From Candidatus Flemingiibacterium sp. (GTDB lineage: Bacteria; Bacillota; Clostridia; Oscillospirales; CAG-272), in assembly GCA_045644145.1 (NCBI GenBank), contig JAZRGK010000058.1, positions 557-64,556 of the forward strand: a stretch of 64,000 nucleotides of DNA. The letters run 5' to 3'. Positions 19,095 through 28,524 of the stretch are shown one piece after another. The stretch's first letter is position 1. The number at the start of each line of letters is the position of its first letter. The position numbers were made by a program, and so were the translations under genes. Under the pieces are notes generated by a model. The model saw only the letters and a program-made list of their open reading frames with translations. It was not told the origin of the DNA and made no database searches.

Positions 19095-22000
19095 TCACTC
19101 AGCCGTGTCAACGAATACCGTAATGGTAAAGTAGTCGCGCTTATCGGTCTGAACAAATACGGTATACCAACCGTCCTCAAGGTCACGCGCAACAAATCTG
19201 CCGTTGTATGCGGTAAGGGGTGTACCGAGAGTCTTCATCTGACCCATTGTGTATATTCCCTTAGCAAACTTAGCGTAAGCAACGCCGCCAAAATTCTTCA
19301 GGCTTATTTCGATATCGTCGCTGTCAACGGTAATCGCGTTTGCGCTGTTGGGCATTTTACCGTTAATAAGAGCGATTGTATCGTAGAAGCCTATGAGTCT
19401 TACGGTTCTGCGAAGCTGTGTCTTGTTGCCGGCATCGTCGTATATGGTATAGGTTATTGTATACGGCTTTGTTCTGTCGAACACATTCGCACTGATATCA
19501 TCGGGATTGAAATCACCGAAGTCGATCTCAACCTTATCGGTAAGGTCTGTGCGTATATTCTGGAATATATCATACGCCACGAAATCGTAGAACTTCGACT
19601 TGTCGTACGCAAACTCGGGATCGCGTCCGCTCGTCATCCCCTCGATGAAGATAAGCTCGTTATTTCCTTCAAAGGTGAGTGTCGGAGCCTCCTTATCGAT
19701 GATCTCGATATCAACACCGTAGGAGGAAACTGTGCCGTTTACAGCCGCAAGGTTGAATGTAAACAGACCGTTTTCAGCATAAATAAGGCTGTTTGCCTTA
19801 CCCTTGATATCGTTGCTTCCGAGAATGGATGTGTCCTTATCGGTAACAACCGTAACAGTTACATCTCTGTTTGTGGTCTTATAGACGTCGGAAGCTACCG
19901 TGTAACCTGCTTCGGTTCCGCTTGTATCCTTACCGATTTCCAGAGTCTTCTCAAATGTCTTCTTTTCCCATACGCCGCCGTCATTTCTTTCAAGATACTC
20001 ATAGCTCCAGGAAACACTCTGTATTACAGGAGCACGGTCATCTATACCCGAAACTGTCAGCTTAATAGTCTGGGAAATACCGGATTCATCAAAAATAGTG
20101 AAGGTATAGTCACCGTTCTGCTTAACGGTAAAGGTCTTGTCTGTGGTATAGGTGATACCGTCGTAAACCACTGAAAGCTCGGAAAGCTTACGGTATATAT
20201 CGATCGGCATTCCGTTTTCGTCAAGCTTCTGTGCAAAGGAAATCTCGACGCTGAGCTCATCCTCTGCGAGAGTTGCAATCGCCTCGAGAGACGGAGGCTC
20301 AGCATAGATATTGTTAACGCTGATAACGCTCGCACCTTCATTGCCGTAATCGTCAATATAGAATACGCTTACATATCCGCTCTTCTTGAATCTTATCTCT
20401 GTTGCACCGGGAGTATAAACGATATCATACTGACCAAGGTTGTCGGAACGCTCAATTCCCGTTACAGTAACATTGGACTTCGAGAATTCCTCAATTTTCA
20501 CAAGCACGCTTCTCGCAGTAACAGTTGTGGGAGGAGTGCTGTAGGAAAGCCTTACAATTTCGGGCTTTACCTTGTCGATATTGGAAACTGTAATCTGCGC
20601 CGCGAACTCATTTCCGGCTGCATCGTATGCAGTTACGGTGTAGTTGCCGGAAAGCGGGATCACAACGCTGTATTCGTTTCCGAGCACCTCGTCGTTCCAT
20701 TCCATAAGCTCACCGGATGAGTTGCGAATCTCTGAGTAAACTATCTCATTTACGTTATCCTTGTCTGCGATAGTAACAAACGCGGTAATATCCTTGTTGG
20801 TCTTGTTATAGTTTGAAAGTGTCCATTCGATAGTTCCGCCGTCGTTATCGTAAAGCTCATAGGAAACCGTCTTCGTGGCTGTATTTCCTGCGCTGTCGGC
20901 AAGCTCAAAGGTAAACGAGGTCTTTCCGCTTGTAAGGATCGTTTCGGTCTGCGTTCCGTTGTTCGATACGCTCATATCCTTATCGGAAGTCGGGAAGGTT
21001 ATGACCGCCTTTACCGTGCGGTAGTATTTGCCTTCGGTGATGGGCTTCCACTTACCGAGATAATTCTCATAGTAGTAAGAAACCGTGTAATGCTCACCCT
21101 CTGTGATAGGAGTCTTGTCGATATTGGTAACGGTGTATGTTTCTTCATATGTCATACCGGCTTTGTTGGTAACGATATAGGTAACGCTGCCGTTTTCCGC
21201 AAACTCAACGCTGTCGGTTGTCTTCGCACCAAGCGCCTCGCTCTTTCCATCGACAATTCTCACAACGGATGCGATACCGCTTTCACTGTCGCCAAATGTC
21301 GCGTTTACGGTAACATTCTGATTTGTGGGAGTGCCGTTGGCAATGTCAGCCTTGAAGGAAACTGTCGGAACAGTTTCATCGAATACAGAGGTATAGATTA
21401 CCTCATCCTGATAGCGTTCAGCCTCAATGCCCTCTGCTGTGTATGAAACAAAACCTACGTTCTTCTCAACAGAGCCGTCGTGAAGCGCAGTGAACACGAG
21501 CTTCGTGTAAGCGGTCTGCTCGGACTCTGTTTCATATACTTCGGATTTTTCCGCATCAAAAACATATCCGTTAAGAACCGCATCTGAAAGATCAAACGTC
21601 TGAAGCTCATATTCGGGATTACCCTCTATGACAAGCTCTATAACGTCGTCCTCGGTGAACGATATAAACGAACCGTTTTCAATTATCTCACCGTTCTTAT
21701 AGAGATCATATACGAGCTTGAAGCCTTCAATAAACGTGGAATCCGACGCAAACGTGAAGGTGTAGGTGCGATTTGCCTCGTCAACCGCGTAGATCTTCTG
21801 CTCGGAGTTGTCGCTCGCCGTTCTGGTAATTGTTGTTACGTAGCTTCTGTCGGTTTGATTTGCCGCAATCTGCTCATTTTCATCATCACTGTCGCCCGTG
21901 ACTAGAGAGGGATTAAGAACTGCAAGCGGCACGTTAAAGTCAATCGTTACTGTAGCAACAGACTTGGTTATTTCGGGAGTACTTACAGTCGAAGTTACCT

Positions 22001-25000
22001 CAGCCTGCGCGTCCACCATACTAAATATGTTGGATTCGGGACGGAGCACGTAAGAGTTTCCGAGAATATCGGTGCTCATTACAGCAAGTCCCCAGTTTCC
22101 GTCAAGCCCACGCAGCACCATATCGTACTCTATGACACCGTCCGCGGTAGATTTTTCAACAGTAAACTTCGACTTGTGCTCGTTATAGAGGTTGAATGCT
22201 TCCTCGTCAATAACACTTTCAGCACTCGGATCTTTTACAAGTGCGAAATTAGTTATAACGGAGTTTGCATCCGTAACTTTAACTGTCATATTGACATCAG
22301 TACGTGCGCCGCTCTCAAAAGCTTCGCTTGCTGCACTGATTACCGGAGCATCCTTGTCAATGCACTTTACAGAGATCGGTACACGAACCTCGTTGCCTAC
22401 TGCATCCGAAAGGGTTGCGAAGGTGTCAACGTTTCTCTTTACTGTCAGGATATACTTAAGATCGCTTTCCTTTACGAAGGATACAAGAGAGTTGGAAAGT
22501 GCAAGATTTGTAATACCGTTCGCATCGCTTGCGCTTACGGTTACGGTTACATCGTCCTTGGTGGGATTTGATGTGCTGTATTCAATATCAAAGCTCGGAG
22601 CGGTCGTGTCGTAAATGATCTCGTAAGCATAAACGTCGCTCACAAGCGATATTGCGGGATCTGCGGTATTGCCCTTCTCTGCACACGCAACCTTGAAGTA
22701 AAGAGTGTTCTTGCCCTCTGTCAGTACCACGGGAGATACTATCACAGAGTTTTGTGTAAGGTAATTTCCAAACACTTCCATAGGTTCTGCAAGAGTCATC
22801 CACGGACCAAAGTTAATGCCGTCGGTGGACACCTGATATTTTACGAACTGCTCAGATGTAAGATCCTCTGCACAGATCATGTTATCAAGCACCTGGAGAT
22901 ATACGGTATAGTCCTGTGTGGGTGTTACGGAAATACCGTCAAGCTTCACCGCGATGTCGTCGCCTGCAGAAGCAATGGTCGGCTTCTTTGCACGAATCGA
23001 GAAGCTGTCGGGAACAGCATATGTAGCAGCGTCACCGTTTACGTCAGTTGCGGTTATCACAAGATAGTAAACGCCGTTTTCGTCAGGCTGAAGCTTGATG
23101 CTCTCGCGAACACCGATCTTGCCGTCGCCGTAAACAGTAGGTGTAAATGTTCCCTCTCCTGCGAGCACGCCGCCATTTGTATAAATCTGATAAGCGGCTT
23201 CCTTAACGCCGGAAACGTCCTCGATTACAACGGTCGCCTGCTGGAGTCGCTGTGGCTGTAAATATATGCTCTCCCACGAAACATCTATAACCGGGGCGAG
23301 ATTATCGAAGATATAATTCTTCTCAAAGGTCACATTGTTGCCCGATCTGATTTCGGTTACCTTATACTGCAGCTTATATGTGCCGTCGAGAGTAACCGGT
23401 ACTCCGTCATCGCCAATCTGCACACCTGCGCCCACATCCTGTCCGTTATACAAAATGTAGCTCTGCGTGAGCGGGTTTGCATTTGCGGAAACGGGAATCC
23501 AGCGGTACTCGGTCTTATAAATACCGTCAATACCGTCAACTGTTTCTCTAAAGGAGATATCAAAGCTCTTCTTGGGAACAAGATTCGAGCTTGTTTCGAT
23601 TGTATCGATTGTCTCATAGTTGTAGATCGCAAGATCAGAGGCAAACTTTATAACCTCTGTTTCGTTGCCTACGCTGTCCTTTGTGAGGATGTAGAGATCA
23701 CCCTCGAAGCTTTCTTTAAGCTTTGTGGAAATAACGATAGTCGGAAGATTTCCGTTTTCATCAGCCTCAACGAAATTCCACTTGCCTACGGTAGTATCAA
23801 TTTCACCGGTTATTGCTTCTGCATCAAATTCAGGAAGACTCTCACCACTCGGAACAAATACATAGTAAAGTCTTGCCCACGAAGCAAGCGTATCTCTGTA
23901 GGAATTACAGAAATCCGTAAGGGTGAAATTATACTCGGTATGCTTTACCTTCTGCGCATCCTGATACCAGCCGCTTTGAGTGAGCTCATATCTCGGAGCA
24001 ACCGAGTCGATAAGCACGTTTTCAACTCTGCTGTTAGATATTGGGTTACCTGCATCGTCATAACCGTCGAAAACAAGCGTGTATACGCCCTCGGATGCAG
24101 TTGCCGTCTTGAGCGTTATCGGGAAATCCGCAAGAGTTGCGGTTGATACCGGAACGGTTACATTAAGGTAAGAGCCGGTGCTGCCGGTATAGTTGTTTAC
24201 CGGCACCTTGGTTGTGCCGTCGAGAAGCGAATAGTTAACATAAGCCTCATCGTCTGCAGGGTGCGGAGCGGTGTTCGACTTATAAAGCTGTTCACTTGCA
24301 CTTACGTGGAAGGTGTGCGAGGGCGCGATATTGTTTGTAATATCGAGCGCTACGCCGTCCTTGTCGGTAATGCTTACAGTGGGCTTCAGGGTATCCACCT
24401 TAAGAGTGGAAATATAGTAATCCCATGTGGTGCTGCCGCTGTTGAGCTTGTAGGTTACATTATTATATTTGGTAGAAACGTTTGTAAGGTGGAGATTCAC
24501 ACCTTCACCGTTGCCGTTAAAGTCTGCCGGAACAGTTCCGGTGAATACGATCTTCTTGCCGTCGCTCGAGGGCGCGTAGTTAAGATCGGCAAGCTTAACG
24601 CTTGTGCCGTTGCCGCTGTAAAGAGCCGCGTTGCAGCTAAAATTACTTACCAACGTCTTAATGTCCGCATCGCTGATAGAGGATACACAGTGGAGCGATG
24701 TGGGAGAAACTGTAATGGTAACGTTCTTCTTTGCGCTGTTTACGTAATCGTAATCCTGACGTGCTGTGAACACGGGAGTTTCCGAGTAGCTTACCTTACC
24801 GATATCGAAGCACTTACGGTAGATTGTAACTGTTTCGACATGTACGAGGTTACTGCCACTCGTTGTAAAAAGCGAGCCTGCGTTTGACGAGCGTGCGGGG
24901 ATCGAAAGCGTAAAGTTAAGCGTAGCCTTACCGATCCCCTTCGCCTTCATCTCGTTGTAGATCTGAGCATATGTAAGGCTCATACCGCCGGAAGCATCAG

Positions 25001-25697
25001 AGGTCGGCGCCTTGAAGGCGTTTGTAAACAGGGTTGTTGTACCTGCATTGAAGCTGTTGGAAATGGTAAGTGTCGGCGCATCGTCGCATCCAAACGGGTT
25101 GTATGTGCCGTACTGGTCAGTTGTCTGACCGTTCCATGAAAGAGAAAGCGAGCCGCCTTCATCTCCACCGATGTAAATGGTTTTTCCCCAGTTGTCAAAC
25201 GAACCGATAGAAGTAAAATTACGCTTGGTATACGAGGTTATATCCTTTTCCCAATAGTCGCCGCCGTCCCATGTTCCACCTATATAATAGGCAGTGCCGT
25301 TGGTAAGGTCGGGAGTGTTGGGGTTCCAATAGGTCGGAAGCCAGAACTCAATGTTTCCGGGTTTCCAGTCTGATGCAACACCTTTATTATCACCCTGGTG
25401 AACGTGAAGGGACTTTATCATCCAAGGATAGGTATAAAGGTCAATATAGTAGTTATGCTTTGAACCCTTCTCGAAGTCATCGTAGTCGGGATCGTCGAGA
25501 TGAACGCGGCGAAGACCGTCGTTATGGGTTTGGAATCCTGCATAAATGGATGCATTTGTACCTGCATTGGATTCATCACGCGTAGAAATTCTGAATCTAT
25601 ATCTGAACGTGGATGCCGGCAAAGCGCTGACGAACTGTGTCATCGCAGGCAGCATCATTGCAAGTACGAGAACAAATGCCATTAATCTATTTTTCAT
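19095..25697 (-). CDS. ~2200-aa secreted protein with N-terminal PLAT/LH2 domain and many Ig-like repeats
   Basis: YRFRISTRDESNAGTNASIY...DDFEKGSKHNY (PLAT signature); repeated D.AGN....ID..AP Ig-like motifs; RBS GGAGG before ATG 25697. Confidence 0.8.
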   Translation of the reverse strand: MKNRLMAFVLVLAMMLPAMTQFVSALPASTFRYRFRISTRDESNAGTNASIYAGFQTHNDGLRRVHLDDPDYDDFEKGSKHNYYIDLYTYPWMIKSLHVHQGDNKGVASDWKPGNIEFWLPTYWNPNTPDLTNGTAYYIGGTWDGGDYWEKDITSYTKRNFTSIGSFDNWGKTIYIGGDEGGSLSLSWNGQTTDQYGTYNPFGCDDAPTLTISNSFNAGTTTLFTNAFKAPTSDASGGMSLTYAQIYNEMKAKGIGKATLNFTLSIPARSSNAGSLFTTSGSNLVHVETVTIYRKCFDIGKVSYSETPVFTARQDYDYVNSAKKNVTITVSPTSLHCVSSISDADIKTLVSNFSCNAALYSGNGTSVKLADLNYAPSSDGKKIVFTGTVPADFNGNGEGVNLHLTNVSTKYNNVTYKLNSGSTTWDYYISTLKVDTLKPTVSITDKDGVALDITNNIAPSHTFHVSASEQLYKSNTAPHPADDEAYVNYSLLDGTTKVPVNNYTGSTGSYLNVTVPVSTATLADFPITLKTATASEGVYTLVFDGYDDAGNPISNSRVENVLIDSVAPRYELTQSGWYQDAQKVKHTEYNFTLTDFCNSYRDTLASWARLYYVFVPSGESLPEFDAEAITGEIDTTVGKWNFVEADENGNLPTIVISTKLKESFEGDLYILTKDSVGNETEVIKFASDLAIYNYETIDTIETSSNLVPKKSFDISFRETVDGIDGIYKTEYRWIPVSANANPLTQSYILYNGQDVGAGVQIGDDGVPVTLDGTYKLQYKVTEIRSGNNVTFEKNYIFDNLAPVIDVSWESIYLQPQRLQQATVVIEDVSGVKEAAYQIYTNGGVLAGEGTFTPTVYGDGKIGVRESIKLQPDENGVYYLVITATDVNGDAATYAVPDSFSIRAKKPTIASAGDDIAVKLDGISVTPTQDYTVYLQVLDNMICAEDLTSEQFVKYQVSTDGINFGPWMTLAEPMEVFGNYLTQNSVIVSPVVLTEGKNTLYFKVACAEKGNTADPAISLVSDVYAYEIIYDTTAPSFDIEYSTSNPTKDDVTVTVSASDANGITNLALSNSLVSFVKESDLKYILTVKRNVDTFATLSDAVGNEVRVPISVKCIDKDAPVISAASEAFESGARTDVNMTVKVTDANSVITNFALVKDPSAESVIDEEAFNLYNEHKSKFTVEKSTADGVIEYDMVLRGLDGNWGLAVMSTDILGNSYVLRPESNIFSMVDAQAEVTSTVSTPEITKSVATVTIDFNVPLAVLNPSLVTGDSDDENEQIAANQTDRSYVTTITRTASDNSEQKIYAVDEANRTYTFTFASDSTFIEGFKLVYDLYKNGEIIENGSFISFTEDDVIELVIEGNPEYELQTFDLSDAVLNGYVFDAEKSEVYETESEQTAYTKLVFTALHDGSVEKNVGFVSYTAEGIEAERYQDEVIYTSVFDETVPTVSFKADIANGTPTNQNVTVNATFGDSESGIASVVRIVDGKSEALGAKTTDSVEFAENGSVTYIVTNKAGMTYEETYTVTNIDKTPITEGEHYTVSYYYENYLGKWKPITEGKYYRTVKAVITFPTSDKDMSVSNNGTQTETILTSGKTSFTFELADSAGNTATKTVSYELYDNDGGTIEWTLSNYNKTNKDITAFVTIADKDNVNEIVYSEIRNSSGELMEWNDEVLGNEYSVVIPLSGNYTVTAYDAAGNEFAAQITVSNIDKVKPEIVRLSYSTPPTTVTARSVLVKIEEFSKSNVTVTGIERSDNLGQYDIVYTPGATEIRFKKSGYVSVFYIDDYGNEGASVISVNNIYAEPPSLEAIATLAEDELSVEISFAQKLDENGMPIDIYRKLSELSVVYDGITYTTDKTFTVKQNGDYTFTIFDESGISQTIKLTVSGIDDRAPVIQSVSWSYEYLERNDGGVWEKKTFEKTLEIGKDTSGTEAGYTVASDVYKTTNRDVTVTVVTDKDTSILGSNDIKGKANSLIYAENGLFTFNLAAVNGTVSSYGVDIEIIDKEAPTLTFEGNNELIFIEGMTSGRDPEFAYDKSKFYDFVAYDIFQNIRTDLTDKVEIDFGDFNPDDISANVFDRTKPYTITYTIYDDAGNKTQLRRTVRLIGFYDTIALINGKMPNSANAITVDSDDIEISLKNFGGVAYAKFAKGIYTMGQMKTLGTPLTAYNGRFVARDLEDGWYTVFVQTDKRDYFTITVFVDTAE

Positions 25698-25698
25698 G

Positions 25699-27399
25699 TT
25701 ATCCTCCGTTTGTTTCATTTATTTTATCAAGTGCGGATATCGCCCCTTCGGGATATCCGACCTCGAATAAATCGTTTCTCACATCAGGGTAATCGCTATG
25801 CCGTATAAGCGGCAGGTAAATCGCAAGACCGCTGTATTTACCCTCTATGGCACTTCGCTTATAGTAAATCGCACTCTCAAGTGCAACCGCTATATCGCTT
25901 GTGTTCATGTCGAGTGTGTCAAACACAGCAAACAGATCGTATTGATCCTTGCCTCCGTTATCGCCGTACGGAACAAGTCCTGCAGATGCAAGCTTCGCGG
26001 AAAGTCCGCCGCTGTTTAACTTTTCAAGCATCCGCGTGACTTCATCTGTCAGCGCCGTAACCTTGTCAAGCCGTATCACCGACATCATCACGTCTTCCCT
26101 GTTCTGGGGCGCATGAACTACGAACGAATCGACTATAAGTCTTGCAAGCTCATGTGTCGTGAGCTTTGGATCAGCCGAAAGTGAATTCAGCCATGTTGTG
26201 TAGTAAATTCCGTCTGTCGGAGTGATATCCTCCGAGGCGATCATATATTCGCCAACATCCTTCAGAGCGTACGCCGTTTCAAGCGTTCCCATTAGGCAGG
26301 CATCGAACACAATAAGGTCGAATTTCTCACCGAACGCCCCCATAGCGGACTTCATATCCGCAAGAGAGAGTGAGGCGTCGCCGTTTAGCTCATCTCGTCC
26401 GAATCCGCCGAGCGTTCCCTCTCCGTGGTCCCACATGACAAGCACGTATCTGTCGGCAACCACGTTTTCTTTAGCGTAAACGAGGAAATCCTCGAGTGTC
26501 TGCCGCTCACACATATTCACATCCTCAAGCACCGTAATATCGGTCAGTGAATTATCCGTTATGCGAAGCCGCTGTGTTGCTCCGTCATGAAGCTGTGTGT
26601 TGCGGTAATTCTTGGTTCCGCCGGTCTGCATCAGTATCTCGATATTAGTAGTTGGTGCATCGAGAATTTCGTTTATGTCCATTGAGAGCATGCCAAGCTT
26701 GCTTTCAAGATCGGATGCCACCGCGTATATCAGCACCGCGGTCTTTTGCTCACTTCCCGGTATCCTTGCTTTTGCCGCCGCGAACTGACTCTGTGTAAAC
26801 ACCTTGTTTGACATCAGCTCTTTTGCGAGCGTTTTGCTTGAACCCAGCATCGGTGTATTCAGCGCGGCGTAGGTCAGCCTTGCAAGCTCACCGCGAGTGA
26901 ATGTGTCCGGACCTTTTTTTGTAGCAAACTTATGAAGCGCAAATTCATAAGCTTCCGAATACCTGAACTGTCCGCCAACGTCATCGGAGTATCCGAGTGC
27001 ACGAAGTAAAAGCGTCGAATACTGCCTGTGATCTATCGGCATATTTGAGCCGAATTCGGTTTGTGATATGCCCTTTGAGATATTGTTTTCGTATGCGTAG
27101 CCGATATAGGCGTCTGCCCATCCGGCATCTGTGAACGGATGCTCGAAGTCGCCCGTGAGCGCCTCATCCTCCTTGCCGAGCACACGTATGAGAAGCGTTA
27201 TCGCCTCGGCTCTTGTTGTGGTACGCTCAAGCTCGTATCCGTTTCCGGTTCCCCTAAAAAGTCCGATTTGTGCAAGCGCATCGGCATACGGCTCGTTTGC
27301 CTCCGCCGCACTTATAGGCAAAGCCATAAGCAGTACAAGTATTACTGTCAAAAATATGATAATTCTAATTTTTATATTGATCACCTCTTTCACGGACAA
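25699..27399 (-). CDS. SLH-like domain plus clostripain-family (C11) cysteine peptidase
   Basis: LVMWDHG.G and FDACLM catalytic His/Cys motifs, YMIASE; N-terminal TRAEAITLLIR SLH-like repeats; start codon uncertain. Confidence 0.85.
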   Translation of the reverse strand: MSVKEVINIKIRIIIFLTVILVLLMALPISAAEANEPYADALAQIGLFRGTGNGYELERTTTRAEAITLLIRVLGKEDEALTGDFEHPFTDAGWADAYIGYAYENNISKGISQTEFGSNMPIDHRQYSTLLLRALGYSDDVGGQFRYSEAYEFALHKFATKKGPDTFTRGELARLTYAALNTPMLGSSKTLAKELMSNKVFTQSQFAAAKARIPGSEQKTAVLIYAVASDLESKLGMLSMDINEILDAPTTNIEILMQTGGTKNYRNTQLHDGATQRLRITDNSLTDITVLEDVNMCERQTLEDFLVYAKENVVADRYVLVMWDHGEGTLGGFGRDELNGDASLSLADMKSAMGAFGEKFDLIVFDACLMGTLETAYALKDVGEYMIASEDITPTDGIYYTTWLNSLSADPKLTTHELARLIVDSFVVHAPQNREDVMMSVIRLDKVTALTDEVTRMLEKLNSGGLSAKLASAGLVPYGDNGGKDQYDLFAVFDTLDMNTSDIAVALESAIYYKRSAIEGKYSGLAIYLPLIRHSDYPDVRNDLFEVGYPEGAISALDKINETNGG

Positions 27400-27400
27400 T

Positions 27401-27607
27401 CTAATTCGTCTGTCTTATGGGGTATTTGCATACCCCAACCTCGGGTACGCCTGACCTTTGTTCCTTGAAGTATGCGTATTTGCAAAACCAACAGTTGGTT
27501 ATCGGCTTGCCGAGGCATTTTCGATTTGAAAAATGCTCACACGCAGTAGAACGCGTTATTTTCACATTCGCTTCGGAACATGCCAATACCATATGTTCAA
27601 TGTTCAT
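27401..27607 (-). CDS. Small six-cysteine protein, first gene of the operon
   Basis: RBS GGAGG before ATG 27607; CWFC and GVCKYP motifs; stop abuts the next gene. Confidence 0.6.
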   Translation of the reverse strand: MNIEHMVLACSEANVKITRSTACEHFSNRKCLGKPITNCWFCKYAYFKEQRSGVPEVGVCKYPIRQTN

Positions 27608-27650
27608 GTACTCCTCCAAAAAGCATTCGAATATGTGCATATTTGTCTAA

Positions 27651-27719
27651 ATTATACCATATATATGGGGCTTAATATAGGTTTTGGAACGAAATGCATT
27701 CCTTGTGGAACGAAATGCA
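27651..27719 (-). promoter_or_regulatory. LytTR-type activated promoter
   Basis: Extended -10 TGGTATAAT (27651-27659, minus strand), no -35, two TGGAACGAAATGCA direct repeats 21 bp apart (27685, 27706). Confidence 0.75.
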
Positions 27720-27801
27720 ACGCAAATTGTTGAAAAAGATTGTCTTTTCTGATATAATTATATCAACACATAATAATTGTTATAGACAAGGAGGTAGTTA
27801 C

Positions 27802-28524
27802 TTGCTGCGAATTGCAATCTGCGACGATATGCCGGATTTTCTCGCACGTGCAGGCTCTTTGGTATCCTCATGGAAAGAAGATATCGAGGACGTTATCGTT
27901 GAGCTTTTTTCTGACGGGGACTCACTTATCGACGCTCACGTTAAGAATCCGTTTGATATTATCTTACTCGACATAGTAATGCCCCTTACGAATGGAATAT
28001 ACACAGCGACGCAAATACGAAAAAACGATAAATCGGTAAAGCTCGTATTTCTCACATCATCCCCCGAATTTGCAATCGAATCATATTCGGTGCACGCAAA
28101 CGGCTATCTTTTAAAGCCCATTGACAAAGAAAGACTTTACGCGTGTCTTGACGATCTGTATGAAGATATCTCCGAGGTAACAAAGTACATCCTCATCAAG
28201 GATGCGCCATCTGTACACCGTATTGAGCTTCGCAGCATCGAATACGCAGAGGCACAAGGCAAGCACGTAGTTTTCACCTTATCAAGTGGAAAGCAGATCA
28301 AATCAAGTGAGCCGTTTTACGCTTACAACGATAAGCTCACGCCGCAGGACGGTTTCTTAAAGTGTCACCGAAGCTACATAGTAAATATTTTTCGCATAAG
28401 CAAATACACCCCAAAGGAAATAACAATGCGTTCAGGATATCGTATACCGATCTCCAGAACCGCGCACAAGGATTTTGAAGCGGCATACTTTGAATTAACC
28501 TTCGGAAAGGTAGGAGATATATAA
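27802..28524 (+). CDS. LytTR-family response regulator
   Basis: RIAICDD, DIILLDIVMP receiver domain; FLKCHRSYIVN LytTR motif; RBS AAGGAGG before TTG 27802. Confidence 0.95.
   Translation: MLRIAICDDMPDFLARAGSLVSSWKEDIEDVIVELFSDGDSLIDAHVKNPFDIILLDIVMPLTNGIYTATQIRKNDKSVKLVFLTSSPEFAIESYSVHANGYLLKPIDKERLYACLDDLYEDISEVTKYILIKDAPSVHRIELRSIEYAEAQGKHVVFTLSSGKQIKSSEPFYAYNDKLTPQDGFLKCHRSYIVNIFRISKYTPKEITMRSGYRIPISRTAHKDFEAAYFELTFGKVGDI

Noticed and set aside
19083-24887. Long plus-strand ORFs opposite the PLAT/Ig gene
   Set aside because: Antisense shadows without RBS or recognisable motifs.
27401-27607. Six-Cys peptide as a SCIFF/ranthipeptide precursor or AgrD
   Set aside because: No radical SAM enzyme or AgrB nearby, and the cysteine spacing does not match those families.
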